From contig JAZQAZ010000014.1 in assembly GCA_045545475.1 (NCBI GenBank), forward strand, positions 14,404 to 78,403: a stretch of DNA of 64,000 nucleotides, given 5' to 3'. The position numbers were made by a program, and so were the translations under genes. Under the pieces are notes generated by a model. It was not told the origin of the DNA. It was given only the letters and a program-made list of their open reading frames with translations, and ran no database searches. This DNA comes from Clostridia bacterium (lineage in GTDB: Bacteria; Bacillota; Clostridia; CAKSNL01; HGM11501). Numbering within the stretch: the stretch's first letter is position 1; each line of letters opens with the position of its first letter. Shown here piece after piece: positions 35,253 through 46,326 of the stretch.

Positions 35253-37670
35253 TCACTTCATGTACCAGATGTTCTTTGCATACTCATTTATTGCACGGTC
35301 AGCTGAGAAGATACCTGCCTTTGCAATATTGGTAAGGGACATCTTAGTGAATTTTTCTCTGTCCTTATAGGTTTCGGAAACCGCTTCCTGAGCTCTTACA
35401 TAATCGCCGAAGTCGGCAAGAGTCATATAAGCATCGGCTGTTCCGAAGGAACTTGTAAGGAGTGATTTAACAATATCATCAAAGTTTGAACCGAAGGAGC
35501 CGTTTGTAAGCATTTCAAGAATTGCGGAAAGCTCTCTGTCACGTCTTACGTAACTTAAAGGATCATAACCTTTTCTCCAAAGTGCCTCAACCTCAGGTGC
35601 TTTAAGACCGAAGAGGAACATGTTGTCGTCGCCAACCTGTTCGTGAATTTCGACATTTGCACCGTCGAGAGTGCCGAGTGTTACGGCACCGTTAATCATA
35701 AGTTTCATATTACCTGTGCCCGAAGCTTCCTTTCCGGCAATGGAAATCTGCTCTGAAATTTCAGCTGCAGGAATGATGATTTCAGCCAAGGATACCTTGT
35801 AGTCTTCCAAGAATACAACCTTTATTTTTTCTCTTGCAACGGGATCTGCATTAATGGTGTTGGCAATTGCACAAATAAGTCTTATAACCTGCTTTGCCAT
35901 GAAATAACCGCTGGATGCTTTTGCTGCAAAGATAAAGGTGCGGGGAGGAATGTCAAGGGCAGGATTTTCTTTAATCATGCGGTACATGTGGATTATCTGA
36001 AGTGCGTTTAAGAGCTGTCTCTTATACTCGTGAAGTCTCTTTATTTGCACATCGAAAATGGAATCCGGGTCAACATTTATACCGTTTGCAGTTGAAATGT
36101 AGTTTGCAAGACGAATTTTGTTTGCACGCTTAACCTCACGGAGGGAAGCGAGAACTGTTGCATCTTCACGGAAGGATAAAAGATCTTCTAGCTTATTTGC
36201 ATCCTTCATAAAGCCGTCACCTATTAAGTTTTTAAGAAGAGCGGTGAGTCCGGGGTTAGCCTGACAGAGCCATCTTCTGTATGCTATACCGTTGGTTACG
36301 TTGGTGAAACGGTCGGGCGTCAAGGCATAATAATCATGGAAAATGCTGTCCTTTAAAATTTCGGAGTGAAGCTTTGATACGCCGTTTATCTTGTGGCAGG
36401 CAGCTAAGCAAAGATTTGCCATTTTGACTTCTCCACAAGAAATTGCCGCCATATAATCAATTTTTGCAACATCACCGGGATAACTTTCGTAAAGCCCGGA
36501 GGTAAGACGACGGTTAATTTCGACAACAATCTTGTAAACTCTGGGAAGAAGCTCCGAGAAAAGATGCTCAGGCCAACGCTCAAGTGCCTCGCTCATGACG
36601 GTGTGGTTGGTGTAAGAAAGCGTACGGCAGGTGATATCCCACGCTTCATCCCATCCGAAGGAATACTCGTCCATTAAAATTCTCATAAGCTCGGGTACAC
36701 AAAGTGCGGGATGAGTATCGTTGATGTGAATAGCAACCTTATCGGGAAGATTTCGGAGTGTTCCGTAATTCTTCATATGGTTTTTAAGGATGCTCTGAAG
36801 AGAAGCGGAAACAAGAAGATACTGCTGCTTTAATCTTAAACGCTTACCTTCGATATGGTCATCTGCAGGATATAGTACTTTACTTATAACTTCCGCCATG
36901 GTGTTTCTTTCGAGAGCCTTTAAATGTTCACCTCGTACGAAATAGTTAAGGTCAATGGATGCGGAGGAAGGGGATTTTGCACTCCAGAGTACCAGGGGAT
37001 TAACCGCTTTTGAATTGTAGCCTGAGATAAAGAGGTCGTACGGAACGGCCATTACTGAGTTGTAGTTTACATGCTCAGACTTGAAGTTGCCGTTTTCAAA
37101 CCATTCTTTAACTTCGCCGCCGAATTTTACTTCGAAGGCTTCATCCTGTCTCGGACGAAGCCAGGAATCACCAAGAGAAAGCCAGTCATCGGGAAATTCC
37201 ATCTGCCAGCCGTCAACAATTTTCTGACGGAAAATACCAAATTCGTAGCGGATGGAAAAGCCTGTTCCGGGAAGTCCCAGTGTAGTCATAGAATCCATAT
37301 AGCAGGATGCGAGACGTCCGAGACCGCCGTTGCCAAGACCTGCATCGGGTTCCATTTCGTAAAGCTCTGCAAGGTCAATTCCTACACCTGCCAGGATGCT
37401 CTTTGCCTTTGCCTCAAGCCCCATGTTGAAGAGGTTGTTGTGAAGGGATGTTCCAACAAGGAATTCCATTGACATATAGAAAACCTGTTTTTTCTCCTTT
37501 GCGGTAACCTCGTCGGAGAAGTTCTTGCGTTCTTCTGCAAGCAGGTCACGAAGAACGGTGCAAAGTGTTTTGTATACCTGGATTTTTGAAGCCTCGGAAA
37601 GGCTACAGCCCGAACCTCTTAAGGATTCGGATTCAAGCAATTTTTTAAATTCGTCTTTTTTTAAGTTCAT
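35253..37670 (-). CDS. glgP: Glycogen phosphorylase
   Basis: GLGNGGLGRLA, HINDTHP, KRLHEYKRQ, EASGTGNMK, GTLDGAN. Confidence 0.97.
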   Translation of the reverse strand: MNLKKDEFKKLLESESLRGSGCSLSEASKIQVYKTLCTVLRDLLAEERKNFSDEVTAKEKKQVFYMSMEFLVGTSLHNNLFNMGLEAKAKSILAGVGIDLAELYEMEPDAGLGNGGLGRLASCYMDSMTTLGLPGTGFSIRYEFGIFRQKIVDGWQMEFPDDWLSLGDSWLRPRQDEAFEVKFGGEVKEWFENGNFKSEHVNYNSVMAVPYDLFISGYNSKAVNPLVLWSAKSPSSASIDLNYFVRGEHLKALERNTMAEVISKVLYPADDHIEGKRLRLKQQYLLVSASLQSILKNHMKNYGTLRNLPDKVAIHINDTHPALCVPELMRILMDEYSFGWDEAWDITCRTLSYTNHTVMSEALERWPEHLFSELLPRVYKIVVEINRRLTSGLYESYPGDVAKIDYMAAISCGEVKMANLCLAACHKINGVSKLHSEILKDSIFHDYYALTPDRFTNVTNGIAYRRWLCQANPGLTALLKNLIGDGFMKDANKLEDLLSFREDATVLASLREVKRANKIRLANYISTANGINVDPDSIFDVQIKRLHEYKRQLLNALQIIHMYRMIKENPALDIPPRTFIFAAKASSGYFMAKQVIRLICAIANTINADPVAREKIKVVFLEDYKVSLAEIIIPAAEISEQISIAGKEASGTGNMKLMINGAVTLGTLDGANVEIHEQVGDDNMFLFGLKAPEVEALWRKGYDPLSYVRRDRELSAILEMLTNGSFGSNFDDIVKSLLTSSFGTADAYMTLADFGDYVRAQEAVSETYKDREKFTKMSLTNIAKAGIFSADRAINEYAKNIWYMK

Positions 37671-37715
37671 TGATATCGTCCTTTATAGATTATTAATAGC
37701 AAGTTTTTTCTTAAG

Positions 37716-39143
37716 TTACACTAAGGAGTTGTAAATTGCTCCGTATTCCTTAACCGGCTCAGACCAACTTGAGTCATATTTCATAAGGGCCTTTATGTGC
37801 TTTTCACGTTTGGCTTCATCTCGCCAGAATTCTGCCGCTCTCTCTACTGCATTTAACATATCGTGAGCGTTGAAAAGCTTAAAGGTAAAACCTTTTCCTT
37901 CAAGTGTTTCGGTATTAAGTGCGGGTACCGTATCAAAAAGACCGCCGGTTTCACGGACTATCGGAATTGTGCCGTAACGCATTGCGATAAGCTGTGAAAG
38001 CCCGCAGGGTTCGCTCTTTGACGGCATTAAGAATAAATCGCTTCCTGCATAAATGCGGCTTGCCAAAGCACTGTTGAAGGTAATTAATGCTTTTAAGCGA
38101 CCGGGATAGTAATATTCTGCAAAGCGGAACATTTCTTCAAAGCGGGAATCTCCTGTGCCAAGAACTACAAGCTGAAGATCATTTTTCATCATTTCGTGAA
38201 TCACGCATTCAACCAGCTCAAGTCCCTTGTGAGAAACAAGACGAGTAACCATAGAAACTATGGGAACGTCATTTCTCACTTCAAGGCCAAGCTCCTTCTG
38301 AAGTTCCTCCTTACAGATGTATTTGCCCGAAGGATTGGTGGGGGAGAACTTCTTGGGGATGTTTTTGTCATTCTTGGGATTGTAAAGATTAGTATTTATT
38401 CCGTTTACAATACCCGTAAGCTTGTATTCATTCTCTCTTAAAATGGGGTCAAGCCCGTGAGAGAAGTAAGCGTATTTTATTTCGTGAGCATATGTCCTTG
38501 AAACCGTTGTTATCTTGTCGGATGCCACAATTGCACCTTTCATAAAGTTGATGGCACCGTCATAAGTCAAGACATTTTTCCATTCGCCTGAAAGCTCCAT
38601 AATGTTTTCTGAGAATTCCATGGGCATTCTGCCCTGATATTCAATATTATGGATGGTAAACACGGTTTTTATTTTGGAATATGCTTCTATGTGGGAGTAG
38701 CACGCCTTTAAGAAGACGGGAATCGTTGCCGTCTGCCAGTCATTCAAGTGAATGATATCGGGAAAATATCCGATTTCGGCAAAGGAGGCAAGGATTGCCT
38801 TTGAATAATAAGCGAAACGCTCACCGTCATCAAAATGACCGTAATAGCCCCCGTCACGAAGGAAATAAAATTCGTTGTCAATAAAATAATAGGTGATATT
38901 TTTGTTCTTAAGGGTAAATACACCCACATAAGTATCCCTGTAAGCAATGGAAACATAAAAGCTTTTTATAAACTCGGGATTGAATTCGGGGTTTTCCTTA
39001 AGTGATTTATAGTAGGGAAGCACCACCGAAACTTCGTATTCGGGATTATTGGAAAGCTCAGAAGGGAGTGCTTCGATTACGTCGCCAAGGCCACCGGATT
39101 TTATAAACGGTGCACCTTCGCTTGCTGCGAAAAGTATTTTCAT
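37716..39143 (-). CDS. glgA: Glycogen synthase
   Basis: KSGGLGDV, HNIEYQG, EPCGLSQL, RETGGL. Confidence 0.96.
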   Translation of the reverse strand: MKILFAASEGAPFIKSGGLGDVIEALPSELSNNPEYEVSVVLPYYKSLKENPEFNPEFIKSFYVSIAYRDTYVGVFTLKNKNITYYFIDNEFYFLRDGGYYGHFDDGERFAYYSKAILASFAEIGYFPDIIHLNDWQTATIPVFLKACYSHIEAYSKIKTVFTIHNIEYQGRMPMEFSENIMELSGEWKNVLTYDGAINFMKGAIVASDKITTVSRTYAHEIKYAYFSHGLDPILRENEYKLTGIVNGINTNLYNPKNDKNIPKKFSPTNPSGKYICKEELQKELGLEVRNDVPIVSMVTRLVSHKGLELVECVIHEMMKNDLQLVVLGTGDSRFEEMFRFAEYYYPGRLKALITFNSALASRIYAGSDLFLMPSKSEPCGLSQLIAMRYGTIPIVRETGGLFDTVPALNTETLEGKGFTFKLFNAHDMLNAVERAAEFWRDEAKREKHIKALMKYDSSWSEPVKEYGAIYNSLV

Positions 39144-40258
39144 ACTGTTTCTCCTTTTTCTACAATTAAGGGAGCGTTTTTGGCACCCTTAAGTATGGTA
39201 CCTGCAGATATTTTCGCATCCTTATCGATGATTGCGTATTCAATTTCGCAACCTTCGCCTATAACGCTGCCTTGCATGATGATTGAATTTTTAACAGATG
39301 CTCTTTTTTCTATCTTGACATCACGGAAGAGGACGGAGTTCTCAATATGTCCCTTAATTCTGCAACCGTCTGCAACAAGACACTCGTCTGCAGAAGAATC
39401 GGAAGAATAGAATGTGGGAACCTCGTCACGGACCTTGGTGTAAATGGGGCGTGCGGGGTTGAAAATATCACGTCTTAATTCTTCGTCGGAAATAAGAGCT
39501 AAGTTGTTATTAAAGTAGCTTGCGATGCTGTTGTTTCTTATAACCTTGCCCTTGAATTCAAATACATTTACATTTAATGTGCCTTTATTGAATTCACGCT
39601 GGATTAAGTCACGCTCTAAGTGATGTTTGCCCTTGGAAACAGACTCTTTTATTGCGGCAACCAATTTCTGCTTTTCCATTATGTACATACCCATGGAGGC
39701 AAGAGTGCCGTCCTTCAATGCGGGATAGTCAACTAAAATTTCTGTCACCTTTTTCTTTGACATTTCCGTAATCATAGAATAATTTCTCTGCTTGTCTGCT
39801 TTAACCTTGTTGGCGATAACAGTTATGTCGGCACCGGACTTTATGTGCGATTCCAACGCATCGCCATAGTCGATGTTGCAGATTACGGTGGAGTCTGATA
39901 AAACTACATAATCCTGGTCTATCTTGTCAAGAAATGAAAATGCGGAATAAAGTGCTTCAAGCTTTCCCTGATAAACCGTGGTCTGACCGGATGAGAAGGG
40001 GGGAAGAAGATAAACTCCGCCGTTTTTACGGTTTAAGTCCCATTCTGCTGAGGAACCCAGATGGTCCATAAGGGAATTGTAGTTATACTTTGTTACGATA
40101 CCCACATTGGTTATTGTGGAGTTTGACATATTGGACAAAACAAAGTCGATAAGACGGTATCTTCCGCCGAAGGGGAGAGATGCCACCGTTCTGTTTTTGG
40201 TAAGTAAGCCGAAATTTTCGTCAAAAAGATTTGAAAATATAATACCTGCCATATTCAT
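39140..40258 (-). CDS. glgD: Glucose-1-phosphate adenylyltransferase, GlgD subunit
   Basis: RTVASLPFGGRYRLIDFVLSNM and IYTKVRDEVPT; directly follows glgC. Confidence 0.93.
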   Translation of the reverse strand: MNMAGIIFSNLFDENFGLLTKNRTVASLPFGGRYRLIDFVLSNMSNSTITNVGIVTKYNYNSLMDHLGSSAEWDLNRKNGGVYLLPPFSSGQTTVYQGKLEALYSAFSFLDKIDQDYVVLSDSTVICNIDYGDALESHIKSGADITVIANKVKADKQRNYSMITEMSKKKVTEILVDYPALKDGTLASMGMYIMEKQKLVAAIKESVSKGKHHLERDLIQREFNKGTLNVNVFEFKGKVIRNNSIASYFNNNLALISDEELRRDIFNPARPIYTKVRDEVPTFYSSDSSADECLVADGCRIKGHIENSVLFRDVKIEKRASVKNSIIMQGSVIGEGCEIEYAIIDKDAKISAGTILKGAKNAPLIVEKGETV

Positions 40259-40272
40259 GGTTACACGCCTCC

Positions 40273-41463
40273 TTATATAATTTCCTTGGGCTTCACTACG
40301 GTATTAGCCGCAATAATGTTGCCTTTGCCGATGACTGCAATGCCCCATTCCGACTTGGAATAGTATTCCGGCTTGTCGCCGATGCGGGCGTTTTTGTCAA
40401 TTTCAACATTCTCGGAAAGGATGGCATATTTAACAGTTGCACCCTTTCTTATTATGGTGTTTGGCATAATAACGCTGTCTTCGACAACAGCATCTTCTTC
40501 AATGGTGCAGCCTGTGGAAATGATGGAGTTTTTAACACTTCCCTTTATGCTGCAACCTTCTGCAACGTAGGAATTATCAATAGTAGCACTCTTTGCTATG
40601 TAGCTTGAGGGCTGGGCATAGTTTCTTGCATAAATTCTGAACTTGGAATCCTTTAAGTTAAGTCCGCTTTCGGGATCAAGCAGATCCATGTTTGCCTGCC
40701 ATAAGCTGTCGATTGTTCCTACATCCTTCCAGTAACCTTCAAAGCCGTAAGCGAAAAGTCTCTTATTGTTTTCGATAAGCTTGGGGATGATGTTTTTGCC
40801 GAAGTCGTTGGAGGAGGTTTCGTCCTCTTCGTCTTCGATTAAATAATCACGAAGAAGCTGCCAATTGAAAATGTAAATACCCATGGAAGCCTTTGTGCTC
40901 TTGGGATTTTTCGGTTTTTCTTCAAATTCGTAAATGGAAGAATCGGGGTTTACGTTCATTATTCCGAATCTGCTTGCCTCTTCAATGGGAACATCCAGTA
41001 CTGCGATGGTACATTCGGAATTTTTTTCCTTATGGAAATCAAGCATCTTTGAATAGTCCATTTTGTAGATGTGGTCACCTGACAGAATCAGGACATATTC
41101 GGGGTTGTAACGCTCAATAAATGGAATGTTCTGGTATACGGCGTTTGCTGTGCCCTTATACCACTCGGATTTTTTACTCTTGGAGTATGGCGGAAGGATA
41201 TGTGCTCCGCCAAAATTACGGTTAAGTCCCCATGGGCGACCTGTGCCCACATAATCGTTAAGCTCCAAAGGCTGATATTGTGTCAGAATACCAACGGTGT
41301 CAATGCCGGAGTTTACGCAATTGGAAAGGGGAAAGTCGATAATTCTGTACTTTCCTCCAAAGGGAACTGCAGGCTTTGCGGTTTCCTCGGTTAAAACCAT
41401 AAGTCTGCTGCCCTGTCCTCCCGCGAGGAGAATTGCTACACATTCTTTGCTCTTGTTTAACAT
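40273..41463 (-). CDS. glgC: Glucose-1-phosphate adenylyltransferase
   Basis: [40 protein letters not shown]. Confidence 0.97.
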   Translation of the reverse strand: MLNKSKECVAILLAGGQGSRLMVLTEETAKPAVPFGGKYRIIDFPLSNCVNSGIDTVGILTQYQPLELNDYVGTGRPWGLNRNFGGAHILPPYSKSKKSEWYKGTANAVYQNIPFIERYNPEYVLILSGDHIYKMDYSKMLDFHKEKNSECTIAVLDVPIEEASRFGIMNVNPDSSIYEFEEKPKNPKSTKASMGIYIFNWQLLRDYLIEDEEDETSSNDFGKNIIPKLIENNKRLFAYGFEGYWKDVGTIDSLWQANMDLLDPESGLNLKDSKFRIYARNYAQPSSYIAKSATIDNSYVAEGCSIKGSVKNSIISTGCTIEEDAVVEDSVIMPNTIIRKGATVKYAILSENVEIDKNARIGDKPEYYSKSEWGIAVIGKGNIIAANTVVKPKEII

Positions 41464-41480
41464 TTAAAGCCCTCCTAACA

Positions 41481-43355
41481 TTATTTGACTATTTTATAAA
41501 AAGTTACGCTCATCGGGGGAATGGTTACCTCTGATGAATTTTCGAGTCCGTGATAAGGTATTGCCTTTACCGGAACGGTGCGAAGGGGTGTTCCGGTACC
41601 GCCGTATTTCTTATAGTCCGATGAAAATACAGGGGTTATCTTTTTTCCGTAAGGGATTCCGATTCTGTATTTATCACGCCTTACGGGGCAGAAGTTGCAG
41701 ATAATGATAAGCTCGTCGCCTTTTTTATCAATTCTCCTGAAAACGATAATGCTCTGGTCCGCATCGTCTCCGCTTATCCAGGATGTGCCCTCCTGTTCTG
41801 TGTCCATCTCATACAGCGGAGGATTATCAAGATAAAAGCGGTTTAGGTCTTTTACAAATTTATGCATTTTTTTATGAGCATCTACGGAAAGCAGGAACCA
41901 GTCCAGCTCTTTCTTGAAATCCCACTCAATAAACTGGGCAAACTCACTTCCCATAAAGGTGAGCTTCTTTCCGGGGTGTGCCACCATGTATGCATAAAAA
42001 GTTCTGAGGTTTGAAAATTTGTCTTCGTAAACTCCAGGCATCTTTCCGATCATCGAACACTTTCCGTGAACTACCTCGTCGTGGGAGAGGGGAAGGATAT
42101 AATTTTCCGTGAAAGCGTAGGAAAATGAATGGGTCAACATTCCGTGAATGCTTTTTCTGAACAGAGGATCGTTGGAAATATATTTGAGCATATCGTTCAT
42201 CCAACCCATATTCCACTTATAGTTAAAGCCAAGACCGCCCATATAATCGGGTTTTGTTACCATTGGGAAGATGGTGGATTCTTCTGCAATCATCATAACG
42301 GAAGGCTTGAAGGCAAACGCTGCGGCATTCATTTTTCGCATGAAGTCTATGGCCTCTAAATTTTCTTTGCCGCCGAAATAATTCGGGTGCCATTCTCTGC
42401 CGCTTCTTCCGTAGTCCAGGTAAAGCATGGAAGCCACGGCATCAACTCTTATTCCGTCTATATGATACTTGTCCAACCAGTATAATACATTTGATATAAG
42501 AAATGAGCGGACTTCGTTTCTTCCGTAGTTAAAAATTCTTGTGTTCCAGTCGGGGTGTTCGTTCATCACATAGTCGTTTGATTCATAACAGCATGTGCCG
42601 TCAAATTCTATGAGACCGTATTCATCTTTGGGGAAATGTGCACCAACCCAATCTATAATAACGCCTATTCCTGCTTCGTGACATGTGTTTACAAGATACA
42701 TGAAATCGTGTGGTGTTCCGTAACGGGAGGTGGGAGCATAGTAGCCTGTCACCTGATAACCCCAGGAAGGATCAAAAGGATATTCCGACACAGGCATAAG
42801 CTCCACATGGGTGTAATTCATTTCCTTTAAGTAGTGAACCAGATCGTCAGCAGTCGTGCGGTATGAGAAAAAGTTGCCGTCTGAGTGCTTACGCCATGAG
42901 CCTAAATGCAGTTCATATATATTCACAGGGGAGTTAAGGGTGTTCTTTTTTGCATTTTTGGTCATATAGGATTTGTCGGTCCATTTGAACCCGCCAAGGT
43001 CATAAACCTTGGAATCATTATCCGGGCGTGTACACATGTGAAATCCGTATGGGTCGCACTTATACACAAAGGAACCGTCTGATTTTTCGATATAGTACTT
43101 ATAGGAATCGTAAACCTTGGCACAGGGAACAGAAAGTTCAAAAACTCCGTATCCTATATTGTTCATAAAGGCGTTCTTGTCCCATGAATTGAAATCGCCT
43201 GTGAGCCTTACTGAGCGGGCGTTGGGGGCCCAGACTCTGAAGATGAAGCCACCTGATGAAACTTTGTGACAGCCCATGTATTCATAAGCGTCAGTCGCAT
43301 TGCCCTGGTTGAATTTTTCCAAGAAATCTCCTAATGAAGCCTTGTTTGATTTCAC
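41481..43355 (-). CDS. glgB: 1,4-alpha-glucan branching enzyme
   Basis: FRVWAPNA, YELHLGSW, SWGYQ, RVDAVASM, AEES, LSHDEVVHGK. GTG start. Confidence 0.96.
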   Translation of the reverse strand: MKSNKASLGDFLEKFNQGNATDAYEYMGCHKVSSGGFIFRVWAPNARSVRLTGDFNSWDKNAFMNNIGYGVFELSVPCAKVYDSYKYYIEKSDGSFVYKCDPYGFHMCTRPDNDSKVYDLGGFKWTDKSYMTKNAKKNTLNSPVNIYELHLGSWRKHSDGNFFSYRTTADDLVHYLKEMNYTHVELMPVSEYPFDPSWGYQVTGYYAPTSRYGTPHDFMYLVNTCHEAGIGVIIDWVGAHFPKDEYGLIEFDGTCCYESNDYVMNEHPDWNTRIFNYGRNEVRSFLISNVLYWLDKYHIDGIRVDAVASMLYLDYGRSGREWHPNYFGGKENLEAIDFMRKMNAAAFAFKPSVMMIAEESTIFPMVTKPDYMGGLGFNYKWNMGWMNDMLKYISNDPLFRKSIHGMLTHSFSYAFTENYILPLSHDEVVHGKCSMIGKMPGVYEDKFSNLRTFYAYMVAHPGKKLTFMGSEFAQFIEWDFKKELDWFLLSVDAHKKMHKFVKDLNRFYLDNPPLYEMDTEQEGTSWISGDDADQSIIVFRRIDKKGDELIIICNFCPVRRDKYRIGIPYGKKITPVFSSDYKKYGGTGTPLRTVPVKAIPYHGLENSSEVTIPPMSVTFYKIVK

Positions 43356-43602
43356 CTTTAATTCACCTCTTTGGTTGTGATATATTTAAATAGGTAGAAA
43401 CATTATAAACAGTATAACATACAATTGTTACAAAATCCAGTATTTTTGGAAAAAATATGAAAATAATTTCTTTAATTATATATGCGGTATATATAGTTTA
43501 TTATAAATTCTTGAAATTATGAATTTTTTTCTCGCATTTTTTCGCTTGACACCCGGGTTTTTGTGGTATAAAATTAATGTGATTTTCAGAAAGGGTGATA
43601 GT

Positions 43603-43947
43603 ATGCCGTTTATAGAAACGAAAACTACAGCTAACGTAACAGATGAAAAAAGAGAAGAAATAAAAACACTTCTCGGCAAAGCGATAGAACTTATTCCGGG
43701 AAAGAGCGAAAGCTGGCTTATGCTTTCTTTTTCCGACAATCTCAAAATGTATTTCAAAGGCGATGATTCTGCGGACACCGCTTATATCGATGTGAAAATT
43801 TTCGGAAAAGCTGAAAAGAAGGCGTACGATGCTCTTACAAAAGAAATCTGCAGAATTTATTCTGAAGTTTTGTCAATCCCGGGGGACAGGATTTATGTAA
43901 AGTATGAAGAAGCCGATATCTGGGGCTGGAACGGAATGAATTTTTAA
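43603..43947 (+). CDS. MIF/phenylpyruvate tautomerase-related protein
   Basis: N-terminal Met-Pro (catalytic Pro1), GKSESWLM, C-terminal WGWNGMNF. Start moved to 43603. Confidence 0.85.
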   Translation: MPFIETKTTANVTDEKREEIKTLLGKAIELIPGKSESWLMLSFSDNLKMYFKGDDSADTAYIDVKIFGKAEKKAYDALTKEICRIYSEVLSIPGDRIYVKYEEADIWGWNGMNF

Positions 43948-43953
43948 TTGATT

Positions 43954-44889
43954 ATGAAAAAGAAAATTTCTGCAGTAATTTTATTGCTTATTGTGCTGTT
44001 TTTTGTGTTTTTGTCATTTTATAACCAAAGGGTAACAAAAGACATTTTTGCCATGGATACGGTGATAAGTCTTAATATCAAAGGACTTGGTGCAAAAAAG
44101 TGTGCAGAGAAAATTGAGGAGGAAATAATCCGTCTTCATGAAGAACTTTCCGTTAACGGAAACGGAGCACTTGCTGCTTACAATAAGGGAGAAAATCCGG
44201 GAGAAGAAGTATCCTTTCTTCTTTCCGAAAGCGACCGCATAAGGAGAGAAACCGGGGGTGCATTTGATGCGGGGATTTACTCTGTGACAAAGCTCTGGGG
44301 CTTTACGACAGGGGATTTTTCGGTGCCGTCTGATGCGGATATAAAAGAAGCTCTTTCGCTTAAAGGAATAAGATTTGATTTCGGAGCAATTGCTAAAGGG
44401 TACGGTGCCGATTCGGCAAGAAAAATTATAGAGGATCACAATGTGAAAGAGGCTGTCATATCCCTTGGCGGTACAGTTCTTGTTTTTGGGAAAGATAAGC
44501 GTGTGGCAATATCCTCGCCCGACTCGGATGGCTATGCCGCATATCTTGATGTGGCAGACTGTGTTATATCAACGTCGGGTGGATATGAAAGGTATTTTTC
44601 TGAAAACGGAGAGACCTATTCACACATAATGAATCCTGAAACCGGTTACCCTGCGAAAAGCGGAATAGTAAGTGCAACTGTTATAATGGAAGACGGTATG
44701 CGCTCTGATGCCTATTCCACGGCGGTTTTTGTGATGGGTGAGGAAAAGGCGAAGGAATTCTGGAAAGAATTAACTTTCGGACTTGTGATAATAACCGAAG
44801 ATAACCGCATGATTATATCCGAGAATTTAGAAGGAAAAATAAGCGGAATTGACGAAAAATACGATTTGGAGATATGGCATCATGAATAA
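43954..44889 (+). CDS. apbE: FAD:protein FMN transferase (ApbE family)
   Basis: FAMDT, DFGAIAKGY, STSGGYERYF, HIMNPETGYP, DAYSTA; N-terminal membrane anchor. Confidence 0.9.
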   Translation: MKKKISAVILLLIVLFFVFLSFYNQRVTKDIFAMDTVISLNIKGLGAKKCAEKIEEEIIRLHEELSVNGNGALAAYNKGENPGEEVSFLLSESDRIRRETGGAFDAGIYSVTKLWGFTTGDFSVPSDADIKEALSLKGIRFDFGAIAKGYGADSARKIIEDHNVKEAVISLGGTVLVFGKDKRVAISSPDSDGYAAYLDVADCVISTSGGYERYFSENGETYSHIMNPETGYPAKSGIVSATVIMEDGMRSDAYSTAVFVMGEEKAKEFWKELTFGLVIITEDNRMIISENLEGKISGIDEKYDLEIWHHE

Positions 44890-45751
44890 AAAATATATCG
44901 GCATGCTGGAAATGGCAGTGTGTGCGATTCTCTGGAGTATAGCGGGAGTTTTCATTAAGAAAATTTCTGTTGGAGCTATTGTTATAGCAGGGACAAGAAG
45001 TGCTTTTGCAGTTCTTTGCACCTTTATTTATATGAAAATTATGAAAATAAAGTTCTGCATAAATAAAAGAGTGTTTTTCGGAAGCCTTTGCACTTCGGCA
45101 ACATTTTTGCTTTTCGTTAGTGCAAATAAGCTGACTGATGCGGCGAATGCCATAGTGCTTCAGTATACGCAGCCACTTTTTATTCTCATTTTCTCGTGGA
45201 TATTCTACAGGGAAAAATTTGTAAAAAGAGATATTGCGGTGGCTCTTACCACTCTTTTCGGAATAGCTTTGTTTTTTGCTGACAACATATCGGGAGAAAA
45301 ACTTTTCGGAAACTTCGTGGCCATTGGAGCGGGAGCAGCCATCGCTCTTGCGTTTATGATATACGGACACGTTACAAAGGAAGAACGTTTCAGCGGTATG
45401 CTTATGGGGCATCTGATGACCGCTGTGGTGGGCGTTGGCTTTTTGATTGCATCGCCTGTCAATATAACAGTAACGGACTGGCTTTACATGGGGATTCTGG
45501 GGATTTTTCAGCTTGGAGTCGCATACATATTTTTCTGCCTGGCTGTTGAAAAAATATCGGGTTTTGCCTGCTCGATTATTGGAGTTATCGAGCCGCTTTT
45601 GAACCCTTTGCTTGTTATGATTTTTATCGGAGAAAAACCCGGAAAATTTGCATTTTGGGGTTGTGCCGTGGTTATATTGGCCGTAACGGCATGGGGTATG
45701 CTTGATGCAAAAGATGATGCGTTGAAAAAAGAAAAATCTGCTGTCAACTGA
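44882..45751 (+). CDS. DMT/EamA-family transporter
   Basis: About 10 TM helices; ANAIVLQYTQP and IEPLLNP...GEKPG motifs. Confidence 0.9.
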   Translation: MNKKYIGMLEMAVCAILWSIAGVFIKKISVGAIVIAGTRSAFAVLCTFIYMKIMKIKFCINKRVFFGSLCTSATFLLFVSANKLTDAANAIVLQYTQPLFILIFSWIFYREKFVKRDIAVALTTLFGIALFFADNISGEKLFGNFVAIGAGAAIALAFMIYGHVTKEERFSGMLMGHLMTAVVGVGFLIASPVNITVTDWLYMGILGIFQLGVAYIFFCLAVEKISGFACSIIGVIEPLLNPLLVMIFIGEKPGKFAFWGCAVVILAVTAWGMLDAKDDALKKEKSAVN

Positions 45752-45765
45752 CAGCAGATTTTTTT
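45732..45765. terminator. Bidirectional terminator overlapping both convergent stop codons
   Basis: aaaaatctgctgtca-ac-tgacagcagattttttt. Confidence 0.8.
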
Positions 45766-46238
45766 GTTAATTTCTTTATAATATGTTTTATAAAAAGGAA
45801 TATTAATATTCCGAGAATAACTCCGGCAAAGTCAATGGAAATATCCTTGAATTGAAAACTTCTGCCGGGGACGAATATCTGATGTACTTCGTCGGCTAAA
45901 GAGAAGAGGGCACATCCTGTAAAAGACAGGAGTGCTTTTTTTATTTTATCCGAATTTGAAAGAGAGAAAAAGGCAAAGGTTAGAAATCCGAGAGCGGTAT
46001 ATTCTGTGAAATGAGCCAGTGAGCGTATGGTTGAGTCTGTTTTTTTTATCAACGCTTTTTGCTCTTTTTCCGGCATGGAAGAGAAATCTTCTATAAATAT
46101 TTCGAGTATTTGTTCCGTTACTTTTTTGCTTGTTTTTGAAGATACGGATGCCTTTTCGGAAGAAAAATGAAATATAAGTGCCACGTTGCAGATAATAAGG
46201 AGCGATATCAGTGTTCGTAAAATGATTTTTAGCTTCAT
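45744..46238 (-). CDS. VanZ-family membrane protein
   Basis: IFHFSS, IRSLAHFTEY, DEVHQIFVPGR...DISID. Start at 46238 after GGAGG. Confidence 0.88.
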   Translation of the reverse strand: MKLKIILRTLISLLIICNVALIFHFSSEKASVSSKTSKKVTEQILEIFIEDFSSMPEKEQKALIKKTDSTIRSLAHFTEYTALGFLTFAFFSLSNSDKIKKALLSFTGCALFSLADEVHQIFVPGRSFQFKDISIDFAGVILGILIFLFIKHIIKKLTKKSAVS

Positions 46239-46326
46239 AAAAACCTCCATTTTAAGGACTGTTTTTTATAGTATAGCGTTTTTTATAAAAAAAGTCAAAA
46301 AAAATTGAAAAAAATTAAAAAAAGTA

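Noticed and set aside
45744-46238. Glycopeptide resistance locus
   Set aside because: Lone VanZ-family gene with no vanHAX or vanRS; the family is widespread.
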